Source: Balanoglossus misakiensis (Eukaryota > Animalia > Hemichordata). From it: DNA of 64,000 nucleotides. The stretch is taken from NCBI GenBank assembly GCA_040954595.2, contig CM082590.2, forward strand, positions 5,270,001 to 5,334,000. The letters are read 5' to 3'. A program made the position numbers and the translations under genes. The number at the start of each line of letters is the position of its first letter. Positions within the stretch are counted from its first letter, which is position 1. Shown in pieces: positions 53,601-63,738 of the stretch. The notes under the pieces are model-generated. The model did no database searches. It was not told where the DNA came from and was given only the letters and a program-made list of their open reading frames with translations.

Positions 53601-56600
53601 CATCGTGCATGTAGCAATAGTTCATGGTTAGGTCCCTAACTTTCGGTCAAAAAGTTAACTATTGGTAGATTATTTATCGAAAAATCTAATTACGAATTTC
53701 GATATGAACACCCTGAACCCAACCTCTCGAATTACTCGACATTTTAATAAAATATTGCTTTATAGTGGTATGATATTCAAAAGTGAATTGGTTGGTCTCA
53801 AAAGAGATGAGAATTTAACTTGGCCGCAGGTATAGCCACTGTCCAAAAACTCTCCCTCAAACTCTTTCATACTCTTCATAATCCTATTATGCATGTCGGT
53901 TTATTGCACTAGTTTCGTGATTGACATCCCGAAGTTCGTCAACACTACAAAATATAAGTACAGAGTCACCTTTTTGGCCGTTCGGGCTATTGGTGAGTAA
54001 GCATGTAAAGCCACTTACCTTATCCTTAGCATTGACGTCAGCTCCATGGTCGATCAACACTTGTGCCACTTCCAGTTTATTGTACCGGGCTGCCACATGC
54101 AATGCTGTGGATTCATCCTGAAATTGACAAATCCATTTGAATTAAAATAAACACAAGCTATGTTCCAATGTTGGACTTGTAAGGTGATATGGCTATAATT
54201 TCAATGGAATTGATTTTTAACTGTAAGTGTTCACTGTGTTGAGTTAAATGTGTGTAGCATCTATAGTTGTTTCAGACCAAAACACACTATTGTTTCAGAG
54301 AACATTTATAACGTGTCCTATAGATTTTTCTAACAAGTGTAAGTGTAACACTATAAAATTATAATGTAGCGCACTATACATGTTTATGCACACTCATCGG
54401 CCCCACAGGTCTTAATATCATTTCATAAATTACATTGATATTTTGAAATTTCCAATCAGACTAAGTACTCTAACATATAAACATGACGGATGTGATACAC
54501 CCGACACAAACAATCCCCTGTTTCTCTGTTGATGTTGGTACGTACGGTACATCAATGTTATAATTACTGAATGTTGCTAGGAAACATCAGAAAAAGAATT
54601 GTCTAAACCAATCTGGACATTTCTCTCAAATTTGTATTTTTTTAAAAAGCGTTTTAGTATACATTGAATGGAACTGAAATCACATATGTCTGGTTCACTG
54701 AATTTAACAAAAAACGTAAAAGTAAAATTGTGGTCGCGCAAATAAGTGTGAAAGTGGAGTTCACTAAACAATTTGAATTCGCCCTTCTAATTAACACAAG
54801 AAAGTTGCTTGTTGAATTTATGTGACCAATCTGATTAAAATCAGATGTAGAGTTAGGCGTTGTCTTTACCTAATAGATGGTGATCATTTTGGCTGTTCTG
54901 TTCTCTGTCTTGGCCTTTCTCGGGTGGATGGTCCGTATCCGAACAGAAAAGCCAAGAATCAGCAATAGTAAAGCCACCGCCTAACATCCGATTTTACCAG
55001 ATAGTTATGTGCCAATCTGAAACGGTCTCTAAGCTCACAATGGCACATAATGCATGGGGCACATGCAATCACTAGCATCCTTCACAAATAAAGATATCGT
55101 CCAAATGGCAACTCTCCAGCCTGCAATGCCACAGATTCCACATATTCTTCGGGTGTCCGCAAATGAAACATTTCAACCTGGCCTTGTCACGACTCTGATA
55201 TTCTCCCTGTATTCCCCATAGACAAGCACTATGTCCTTACTCTGGCATTGTTCTATGTCCATCGAGGTACAGTAACACGTTCATCTTCACACATGTGTGT
55301 TTACTCAATCAAGTAATTTCTACAGCTAAGATATCCATCGAAGAGCCAGAGGAAATAAATATTACAATTAATCAACAGCTGCCCCACCTCAAAGATTCAA
55401 ATCACGCCTGAAGAATACACTTGTAATATAAACACCACAGACTAAAGAAATCCGCACTTGTTGTTTGTGAGGGCAATCAACGGCACTCTTTTCCATGACC
55501 ATATTCACCTGAATTTCGGTCGACTTACGACGCGGGATTTTTAATCTCTACTGTGCTGCTTTTGGGGTTTCAATTATTTGTAAACACTTTCATGTTTTAT
55601 GACATTTGCAAACATCGATCTGGATTTGTCAATAACCTCGCCACAGACTGTTACTGGTCACAATATACAGATAATTGGACATTTCATCCAAAACTATGTT
55701 CTTATTCGTTTCGGTTCCAAATTTCTCATTCTACCCTCAAATTGATATAAGAGAAACAAAGGAGGAAACAAGCTTTATATTTTGACACGTTTTCTATTTC
55801 AAATGCATTAAGCTTGTATATGAAACACAGGAAAGGTTTGTGTTCATCTGTGAGTCAAGGTCAATTAAATCTTTTGTCGCTTCAGATTCGTTACCTGTGT
55901 GACTGGGTTGTACGTGTGAAATGTTGAGTGAGGCAGTGTAAATACTTACAAAGATCAAGTATACACCCTTTGCATTGACATCATAGCCATCATCTATCAA
56001 CGATTGAATCCTTGCAACATCACCATCCTTAGCGGCATTAATGAGATCCTATAACATTCAGTGAAACATACAATTGTTATTTTTAATTATTCCGTTAAAT
56101 ATAAAATTCTTCAGTATTTGAACAGACCGTTGATTATGAACAAACCAAATCACAAACACCCAAGAAATAATACCTAAACTGTTATATCACATTGTATAAA
56201 CTTTGTGCATCGATGATATGGAAAAGTATTCTAATTACACATAAACGTACACGGCTTACACCAAAATATAGATACATGTACTGGAAAATGCCCGGATGAG
56301 CCCTTGGACTCATGATACAGCAACAGTCTCAAGAGAACGGTGAACAAATGCAATGAAAATATCACCATATGAATGTTTGTCCAAACTGTGTGGGCAAGTT
56401 ATTGTGTAGCTGTAGTAGTGTGTGGGTCGCGCGACAGCTTTGTATACCTGGTCGCTGATGTGCTTCCCAAGAAGCATTTTTGACTGTTTGATAGGGCTTG
56501 CATGATTGTCATAAAAGAAATGGGAACAAGGTTATGGTCAATTCACTGTCCAGCCACTCTATTGTTATAGTCTACAGATTTGGGATGTCGTCCTGTTGGT

Positions 56601-58564
56601 CAGAACATGGAATCCACAACCGACGTGGTCAGCAAAGAACGTCACGGCACGGCTGTCACTACACGGCCAAACGGATAACACTTGTTTCCGTTGTGATCAG
56701 CCATAATGTCACGGTCCATGTAGACTAGTTCATTTCTATCGGTTAGAATGTCTCATTTTCATAGTAGTTAACCGTATGCGCATAGGGACTGGTCAGTTTC
56801 TTTTATTTTTCTCTTATGTAATGAATGCAATGAGGTCAGTTTCTTCGACGGGGGTGGATTCTATTTTGTGGATAACAAAAAGTGACTGACCCGACCCCCT
56901 CATTGAACATGGAAAAAATGGGTGAAAATTCCAAAACAGGGTGACCTCTCCCATGAATACACCGCCCCCACCCAGGCCTAATAAACTGACCAGTCCCTTA
57001 TTTCGAAATGCATATGCCATTCTTCTTTGGAGTTGTGGATAATTCACGCACGCGTATAATATCCCTTCATGGAAAAAAAATGTGAGCTTTGATCGCGAAT
57101 AATAAAACATGGTGCAGACATTGCTAAAAGGAAACCATTCCATCGGTTAAATCACGGTCACAAAATACTGGAATTCCAACAAAACAAAAACAATGAATGA
57201 TACGACAACCAGCCCACAATGCACTTCTGAGAACAAAATGACTGACATGTAAATTTGAACAGATGAAGAACTTGCTGGTGTATACCCCCCCCCCCCCGTC
57301 TTGTACATGAAGGCAGAAGACAATAGACCACACTGAAATGTGCTAGTACCTCAATAATTTTTGTAGACATAACTGTTTATTAGAAATAAAAGAACTGATG
57401 CATGGTGTACCTTAATCTTACGTTGAATTGGGATTAAAGCGTTCATTAGCAACTTCTTCACTATGGTATATTAGTGTCTACAGATTTGGAACAAACATTC
57501 TGTGATGAAAATAATGTTTATGGTCAGTAGATATCACAACTTCATGTTTACACATGCACCGATTTAATTTAATTTCTTTTGGGATTACAACAAATATTGT
57601 GTTCTTGGAGAGAGAGTCAGTGTAAAAATGTCGAGGGGATAAATATTCATTTCTTTTTGTTCTTCCAAACTTAAGCGAGGGGTTTGGGTTAAATGAAAAT
57701 AGTTGCATTTGACATGCCTCACGTCATGCATTATTTTCGTGATTTTACTATCAAAGTTCGGTCGGTCGATTTTTAAAAGCTTACTCGAGGGTATGCGAAA
57801 ATGTATCATCAACCTGTCGTGTCGTCTGTCGGCAAAGGATACGGAGAAGATTGAGTCAGCTCATGCGGAATTAATAATTATCCACGACCCCTTATGACCA
57901 ACACCATGCCTGCGTCACCTTGAATGAACTCATTTCGGGTCAAAGGTTATAATTTGGTTTGGCGTCAATCTGACTGCCCCATATATAGACACATTGCCGG
58001 AATAGTTACAAAGTAATACAGACATGGATTTCAATGGGTGTTTTATCTAAAGCTACAACTTGCTCATAAAATTGTGTTTACTTGGGACTTGCTCAACCGG
58101 TAAAATTATTTTTGAAAAATATCGTTCAATGAGACTTGGACTTGTGAATGGAAAACATTGTGATTAGTGTGACTTTTTTGTCAACTGGGTAATCGTTTAT
58201 TTATGAATGCACTATCTAGCAATACACACAAACACTAGAAGTTTCTATATTTTCCGTGTGTAGGGCAAGCTGACCCGTTGAAAAATAATAAACCTATTAG
58301 GCACCGACTAGCGCCACAAGTCTTAACGAAACAGTCATTTGTTTTGTGACCAAAATGTCTGGTTAAATTTACGTGCATGGAGTTGAAGGGAGAAATTTTG
58401 AACAACAGTCCTCAGTCCCCCAAAAATCAAACAAAATATAAACCCCTCATAAAAACAGTCGTCGTACGCGTCACTGCCAGACATCGTTGCATTTGGTGTG
58501 AAATGTCAGTTGCTACAGTTAACAGTTCACTTACCAGTGGATCCTTGACTTTTCTGGAAGCCAT
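34357..58564 (-). CDS. Kinase-less DAPK-like ROCO protein, ANK-ROC-COR-death domain, 12 coding exons, 911 aa: complement(join(34357..35604,35960..36145,36704..36852,37272..37419,38128..38421,38775..38903,39584..39640,41629..41727,48960..49058,52565..52663,54019..54117,55950..56048,58535..58564)) - 13 segments including the short start exon
   Basis: All junctions are GT-AG and phase-compatible; total 2736 nt, no internal stop. GTPase motifs [15 protein letters not shown] and SRAD. COR motifs [10 protein letters not shown] and PGLFPRLQ. C-terminal death-fold signature [10 protein letters not shown]...[10 protein letters not shown]. Confidence 0.85.
35655..35930. repeat. Degenerate (ATGT/ATGG)n intronic microsatellite
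   Basis: Directly visible. Confidence 0.8.
35960..36145 (-). CDS. ROCO exon, COR start (KEEKIPRLC...YLDSIGE)
   Basis: AG/GT, 186 nt, phase 0-0. Confidence 0.88.
36704..36852 (-). CDS. ROCO exon, ROC end (AKWVVEK...LVNCHESQS...GFK)
   Basis: AG/GT, 149 nt, phase 1-0. Confidence 0.88.
37272..37419 (-). CDS. ROCO exon with G4-like motif (TNIWAQF...[11 protein letters not shown])
   Basis: AG/GTAAGT, 148 nt, phase 0-1. Confidence 0.88.
38128..38421 (-). CDS. ROCO exon with switch I/II (TPTPGIDV...[13 protein letters not shown])
   Basis: AG/GTGAG, 294 nt; classic ROC DFAGQxEYYxTH motif. Confidence 0.92.
38775..38903 (-). CDS. ROCO exon with P-loop ([18 protein letters not shown])
   Basis: AG/GTAA, 129 nt, Walker A motif. 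Confidence 0.92.
39584..39640 (-). CDS. C-capping ankyrin exon ([19 protein letters not shown])
   Basis: AG/GTAA, 57 nt, GxTPLDxA motif. Confidence 0.85.
39650..42400. repeat. Intragenic duplication: 39690-41150 ~ 50250-51660 and 41571-42390 ~ 52505-53315 (includes an ankyrin exon); extra intron-only copy at 41258-41570
   Basis: Long co-linear matches by eye; near-identical ORF-track peptides at 41258, 41802 and 52772. Confidence 0.85.
41629..41727 (-). CDS. Ankyrin exon 5 ([33 protein letters not shown])
   Basis: 99 nt, phase 0-0, CAG/GTAAGT. Confidence 0.88.
42248..42420. mobile_element. Academ-like MITE, followed by a second TAGTCTCG-starting element
   Basis: TAGTCTCGCCAGCCAGACCT...AGGTCTGGCCAGCGAG inverted termini; partial copy at ~53180-53315. 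Confidence 0.45.
43184..47290 (-). pseudogene. Frameshifted gag-pol of the Gypsy element
   Basis: Zinc knuckles CFRCGNNH..C and [10 protein letters not shown]; protease VDTAA; [22 protein letters not shown]; RNase H CDASSYG, IEREAL; integrase [24 protein letters not shown]. Split over seven ORFs. Confidence 0.92.
44214..44791 (+). mobile_element. Crypton-like non-autonomous element inserted in the Gypsy integrase
   Basis: TAATT direct repeats at 44214-18 and 44787-91; removal restores [30 protein letters not shown] (44216) pairs with 44631-44644. ~140-nt terminal hairpin 44645-44786. Confidence 0.7.
47538..48045. repeat. Two-copy ~250-bp diverged tandem repeat
   Basis: AATGTTATCAA...CCGACAAATA.TTGGAGCATTT...GATGTTTAAAGCTAT occurs twice. 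Confidence 0.7.
48960..49058 (-). CDS. Ankyrin exon 4 ([33 protein letters not shown])
   Basis: 99 nt, phase 0-0, CAG/GTAAGT. Confidence 0.88.
49791..49882. repeat. (CAT)n(CAA)n compound microsatellite
   Basis: Directly visible. Confidence 0.95.
52565..52663 (-). CDS. Ankyrin exon 3 ([33 protein letters not shown])
   Basis: 99 nt, phase 0-0, CAG/GTAAGT. Confidence 0.9.
54019..54117 (-). CDS. Ankyrin exon 2 ([33 protein letters not shown])
   Basis: 99 nt, phase 0-0, CAG/GTAAGT. Confidence 0.9.
54828..55003. mobile_element. Small MITE with imperfect TIRs
   Basis: ATCTGATTAAAATCAGATGT..GTTAGGCG versus CGCCTAACATCCGATTTTACCAGAT. Confidence 0.5.
55010..55520 (+). mobile_element. Degenerate Tx1/L1-clade LINE ORF2 C-terminal fragment
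   Basis: Frame-hopping peptides [23 protein letters not shown] and [13 protein letters not shown] match the zf-RVT region and the following helix of Tx1-type ORF2. Confidence 0.55.
55950..56048 (-). CDS. N-capping ankyrin exon 1 ([33 protein letters not shown])
   Basis: 99 nt, phase 0-0, TAG/GTAAGT. Confidence 0.85.
56785..56997. mobile_element. PIF/Harbinger-like MITE
   Basis: GGGACTGGTCAGTTT...AAACTGACCAGTCCC flanked by ATA/TTA. Confidence 0.6.
58535..58564 (-). CDS. Probable first coding exon of the ROCO gene ([10 protein letters not shown])
   Basis: ACCATGG Kozak context, GTAAGT donor, phase 0 matching the next exon. Confidence 0.65.
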
Positions 58565-58703
58565 GGTTACGTTATTGACATTGTGTTGGAATACTTTAAG
58601 AATCTGGATCAGTAGCACCGCTTTAGAGTTGAACAAGTCAGCTTCGCAAATGTTCTATAATGGCGATGTCGCCTGTCTGATCAGATGATGATGACAACCA
58701 GTT

Positions 58704-58716
58704 GGGGAAAAACCCC
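58704..58716. promoter_or_regulatory. Candidate Rel/NF-kB site upstream of the ROCO ATG
   Basis: GGGGAAAAACCCC (GGG-W5-CCC) 140 bp upstream of the ATG; AGGAAGT ETS core adjacent. Confidence 0.4.
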
Positions 58717-59029
58717 GATAAATAAGGAAGTAATGGAGACAAAAAAGTAATGACAAGAGTTGGGTCAAAGTTCACGACGCCATAAAAGTTCAGCATATCC
58801 ACTGCAATACTGCGGTGATGTCACAGCAGAATTCCTGGGTTAATTGTTTCTGTTTAAATCACTAAACTAGTTGGCACATTAAACAACAATTTGAATATTA
58901 TGTTCTATGACAGTATGAGCAGTGGAATGGAGTGGCCTATTCCCACTTCACAAGCTTCAGTACAGGACATAGTCTCATTTTGCAAATTCTTCTTGCGTTC
59001 GCCACTGGCGGTGTGAGAATGCGAGGAGC

Positions 59030-59041
59030 GAAACCGAAAGT
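59030..59041 (+). promoter_or_regulatory. Candidate IRF-E/ISRE site
   Basis: GAAACCGAAAGT matches GAAANNGAAAST; ~470 bp upstream of the ATG. Confidence 0.4.
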
Positions 59042-61464
59042 GTCAGGGGAGAACACAGTCGCATAAGGATTGTGTTGTGTTTACACAACGATCACTTCTG
59101 ACACTTTTCTGTGTCATAGGCGATCGACGTGTTATACAATTCAAACCCCCATGCGACTATGGGGGAGAATCACTGCATTCCATTGTGATGACGTATACAA
59201 ACGACATGCAATGAATTCAAATATTACAAAATACACTTGACCTAGTTGGCTTTCAGTCAATTATGCGTGTTGTGCCAGACAGTATGTGACTGACCGACAG
59301 TTGAACCGTCCTACTTCACAGCCCAGTGCAGTTTCATATATCATATACATGTACTGTGCTGTCAACTTCAGCAGTGCCTGTAATCATGTGATTGTGAGTG
59401 TATATCATGGCACGTCTACGACTACATTTACAATCGAGGATTTTGTTTCGTTTGTCAGTTGTGGGTGATTTCCTGTGAGTGTTTAGAAATTTAGTATTTC
59501 CCGTCTTTGCAAATTGGCATTTTTCCCAATATGTAGCATTATATCCAAATACCACATTCTTGCCAACTGTGTCTTTAAATTTGGAATTGTTGCATGAGAG
59601 ATTGAAAATCAGAGTATATTATATAAAAAAGAATCCACTCTCATACAATCAATTTTAAGTGGTCAATGACTTTTAATGTACTGTACATTAAAATAAAAGA
59701 TAGAATTCATAAGATGTAGAAGTAGTAAAACTTTTCTAATATATAATTCAAGTGACCATCCAAAATAATCTATAAACTCAAAAATCTCTGGTAGAATGAA
59801 GCTGAAGCAAGTGCTGGCAATTAATGATTTATTTCAAACTTATATTTTTAATCATTTCATCACCATGGTTTAGCTTAAATAAATTGTCTTCTATAGTAAA
59901 ATTGGACCTCTATAGAAGGAAATGGGGTTAGAAGAATTAAGGTAGTCTTGTACCTTGAAAAATAAAGTCTTAAATTTAGACCCAAAAAATTGTGTCATGG
60001 TGCAAATTTTAAATGAGAGAACAAGACTAAGTCAAGTTTGAAATTCATAGTGGCCACCAATGTCAGTGTAAGCTCAATAGAGAATAGTTGCAGAAGTGAT
60101 TTTTATGAAAACATACCTGAGTTTTTGATAGAGCTGTTTAGAATATTACTGCTCTAACAATTTTTAATTTGAGACAATTTTATCATGCAACTTTTACGGT
60201 GAATAATTAACTTTTTTAAAAATTTTGAGTATTCATGTAAATATGAACTCAATTTTTAGAATGATTTTGAAGGTGCATGTTAAAAACCAAACATGAGAAG
60301 CAAGTGGGAATAGTTCATGTCTTGTATTGCAATAATTTGGCGGCCCATGTTCCACTCGGGGGGAAAATGCCAACGAAGGAGACACACATATACACAAAAG
60401 ATTGCAAAAGTAAACGATTTATTTTAAAAACATCAAGGATTAAAAAACACAAAAATCCTTCTGGCAGTGAAGAAGCAGTAAAAGTCTTCATTAAAAAGAT
60501 TTCTAAAATCTGCAGTTGATGAAACTGCATTGCACAGGATTGGTAAAATTTGTAATATTCATATCCAAGACAAGGTCGGTTCAACCCCACATAGAAAACA
60601 ACAGGTTTGGACTGAACCATTGTGGTGAAAGGGTACAAAGCACCCAAGTTTCCACAAAACATAAGTTGTGATCTGTGAAAATCAACAAGATTTCATTGGC
60701 AGGCTCCTGTAAGCTTTGCAGACTGTTACTTTAAAATTCTCATTTATAAAAATGGACTTGCAGGGCAATCACACGCTGACCATCAAATTCAGTGTAACTT
60801 TCATTAAGGATGTACAACTGATAAAAGTGAAAGTATTGTCATTTTTATGGTGGATTTTAAGTTGCCCAGGCTTTTCTAAGTGTACCAAAAATCTGTAACA
60901 AAATATAGGGGTCACTGTGCTTGTTTTTGAAATACAAAGCTGTGAATTTAGTCAAACTTAAAAACAGCTGAGTAAGTTTTTTTACCATTGGGTGTCTATG
61001 GCCAAAAAAGTTATTTCAAAATTGAGTGTGTGCATGGTGACCACAATATTTTGTTTGAGTTCTGATTTTAATTTCCATGAAATGACGATAGTAGAAGTGC
61101 GTTTTCCGGGAATTCCCAATGTAATCCTCTGGGAGAGACAAATTCCATGTGCTCCAAGTTTGCATACATCCTTAACTGACCATCAGCACCAATGCTGCAA
61201 TAGAACAGAAGTGTATGGTTAGAAATTGAGCATTTCAGACCCTAATTGCTCTAGCCCTGGACTGGTCATTAATTCAACATATATTGAAAACTATAAGTAT
61301 CTTTTCTATAAACACCGAGAAATTGACAACTAACAATGTTTCAGAGACCAAAAATAGATTTAAGGGGACCTATTGCTTGCAAGGCTGGTTCATTTAAAGT
61401 CCCAAATTGCTGCTATTTCTTGCAATATTTTTGATTTACTTCAAACTGTGAATAGGCCATTTAA

Positions 61465-62454
61465 AGGGTCAAAGTCTCTCCCTCACTGCCATTTTCCCAT
61501 CAATTATGTTTGATATACGACGCCGCTTATATTAGAGTACATGTGTATATATGTAGTGAATGAACGTTCGACCACACACAACTTCCATCCCACTTGTATG
61601 AGATGAGGGTAAAATTTGGCCCAAAATGAATAAATTGTGGAGAACGATTATTTATTTTGGCAATTTTTTTCACTCCTGTGTCTACAAGCGGGATAGAAGG
61701 TGTATGTCCTGTTTGTAGGATGAGAGTAAAAATGTCACCAAAATGAATAAACGGTAAACACCGATTATTCATTTTATCGAGTGTTTCACTCTGCTCATGT
61801 GAGTTGTGTGTGGAAGTTATTACGATTTTGTTGATCAACTGAAATTAATTTCATTTGGTCAGGCTATGTATGTCATCCCCACAAATCTCGAGGATGCACT
61901 GTTACTCAGGGGTCATGAAAGTGGCCTATTCAATTTACTGACACTCTAATGCAATGCAAGTGAATGGGCGTATTCATCTGTAAGTTTCTGTTCAAAAGTT
62001 CTACAACCAGATACACAGGACTTACCTCCATACGGACCACCGCTCTGACGACCACTGCCACCGTAACCACCAGAACCACCACCGCTGCCCCTCACTGGTC
62101 CAAAATTTGACTGTCCACTGGCATAATTGCTTCCAAAGTCATTGTAGTTTCCACTACTGTTGCTATACCCTTTAATTTAGAAAAAAAAAACAATAGAAAT
62201 GCATTATCATAACAATAGTACTATGCAAAATACCTTGAATTGTTTTACCTGTTGAAAAAACTCGAGAAAATGAATATCAGTCTCTAAAATTTATGCATTT
62301 TGGACCAGATTTTACTCTCAACTCTCATATCATACAAGGGGGATGGAAGTTGTGTGTGGTTGAACGTTCATTCATTACATATACACATGTACAGTGTCTT
62401 GTATCAAACATAATTAATGGAAAAAAAGGGCAGCGAAAGAGAGACTTTATCCCT
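61465..62454. mobile_element. TTAA-flanked Kolobok-like element with ~180-bp imperfect TIRs enclosing a host exon
   Basis: TTAA|AGGGTCAAAGTCTCTC...GAGAGACTTTATCCCT|TTAA. Arms ~61465-61643 and ~62281-62454 are inverted copies. Confidence 0.65.
62026..62169 (-). pseudogene. Isolated hnRNP A1/A2-family exon encoding the M9 PY-NLS (GYSNSSGNYNDFGSNYASGQSNFGPVRGSGGGSGGYGGSGRQSGGPYG)
   Basis: 144 nt, AG/GTAAG, phase 1-1; matches YNDFG..SNFGP..R..GPYG of hnRNP A1 M9. No other hnRNP exon found in the window. Confidence 0.8.
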
Positions 62455-62621
62455 TTAATGTTCAGTCAATCTAGACAAGAGGGACCCAAAGTTAAGGGAC
62501 TTTCAAAAATTGGACTTTATAGACAGGTGGCCTTTATAGACGGGTTGATTAATATACATGTTTATATTAAAATCTTGGAAATGACGAAATTCTACAGCCA
62601 AATTCAGATTCGAATACACAC

Positions 62622-62749
62622 CTTGAAATGGTTGGCTGCCTGTTTCAATCCAACATCAGTATCCAAATTTTGAACTCAAGCAATTTGGCTGTGAAGTGCA
62701 GCCATGTTGAACAAGACACAAGCCTTCTCAAAAGAGGATGATGTCATAC
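62622..62749 (-). pseudogene. PDCD6IP: Isolated ALIX BRO1-domain exon with an in-frame stop (MTSSSFEKACVLFNMAALHSQIA*VQNLDTDVGLKQAANHFK)
   Basis: 128 nt, TAG/GT; recognisable match to ALIX EKSCVLFN..AL.SQIA..QNLD.D.GLK.AA.H. TGA at 62676-78. Confidence 0.85.
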
Positions 62750-63154
62750 CTATACAAAACAAGAAAAATACAAGATTGAATCATTCATATGGATTACATT
62801 ATGTTGTCCCCCAAAATAATATGTGCTGTTCTGATTAGTACCATACTGTTAAAGAGTGATGAGGAATGATCAAATTAATTATTTTTGGATTTAATTTATA
62901 TTTCTTGTGGTGGCTGGGAACACAGTTTACTCTGTAGAACAACTTTACAGTGAAAGAGTTTTAAACTGCGCCCTGTCGAATTATACCATGGAAGTTTTTG
63001 AGTGAGATGTGATGTACCAGTGGTTGGGTATACTTAGACAACAAGATTATCAAGTGAACCACAGGAAATAAAAACCACAGGTAGTGTTTCATATATCTTT
63101 GAAATACAGTAGAAGGAGATCATATAACCTATTTCTCACAACTTTTTGGTTTAA

Positions 63155-63239
63155 CCCTTTCACCCCCAGTTCCCTCTATAGAGGTCCAACTTTATTATAG
63201 AAAACAATGGGTTTGGACTGAACCATGGTGGTGAAAGGG
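63155..63239. mobile_element. piggyBac-like MITE (partial copy ~60590-60635)
   Basis: TTAA|CCCTTTCACC...GGTGAAAGGG|TTAA. Confidence 0.7.
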
Positions 63240-63681
63240 TTAAACCCGAGTGGACAGACCTGCAATGCACAAAATCAGGGTTGAAAGTGTTCAGAGTTTG
63301 ATACATGTATTACATATACGAATTCTTTGCCATGATACATGTACGTGTGAAACATATATTGTATCATCTCCCTATTTAAAATCAGTGTGCCCTCTAAGCC
63401 CATATGACGCGCCACTGACTCAACAAACTCACTTGAGATTCAAGAAAATTATCCACTATACATGAAAAGGTATAGGGCTGACTCAGAGAAATTGTTCAGA
63501 AACTTGAATATCAATTTTGGAATATTTTGTTTGGCTCAGGCTGATATCTTTTACTTGTGGGAAGAGGCAACAGCATAAGAATACCGTACAGCATGAAGTA
63601 AAAAGTGTCAAGGTACCATACATTTGATTTGAATCAGATTGTGATAATAGATAATTTTTACTATTTGACAAATTGACTTAC

Positions 63682-63738
63682 CCATGTTGCATCATCATTA
63701 TCTGTGTTCCTTCACCACAGTTGATCAGATAACGGCAA
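63682..63738 (-). pseudogene. ELAC2: Isolated tRNase Z(L) N-terminal exon (CRYLINCGEGTQIMMMQHG)
   Basis: 57 nt, TAG/GTAAGT, phase 2-2; matches the RYLFNCGEGxQR motif, with the conserved R changed to I. The next ELAC2 exon was not found downstream. Confidence 0.7.

Noticed and set aside
34357-58564. Calling the gene DAPK1 or LRRK
   Set aside because: No kinase, LRR or WD40 exons were found; only the ANK-ROC-COR-death domain part is present.
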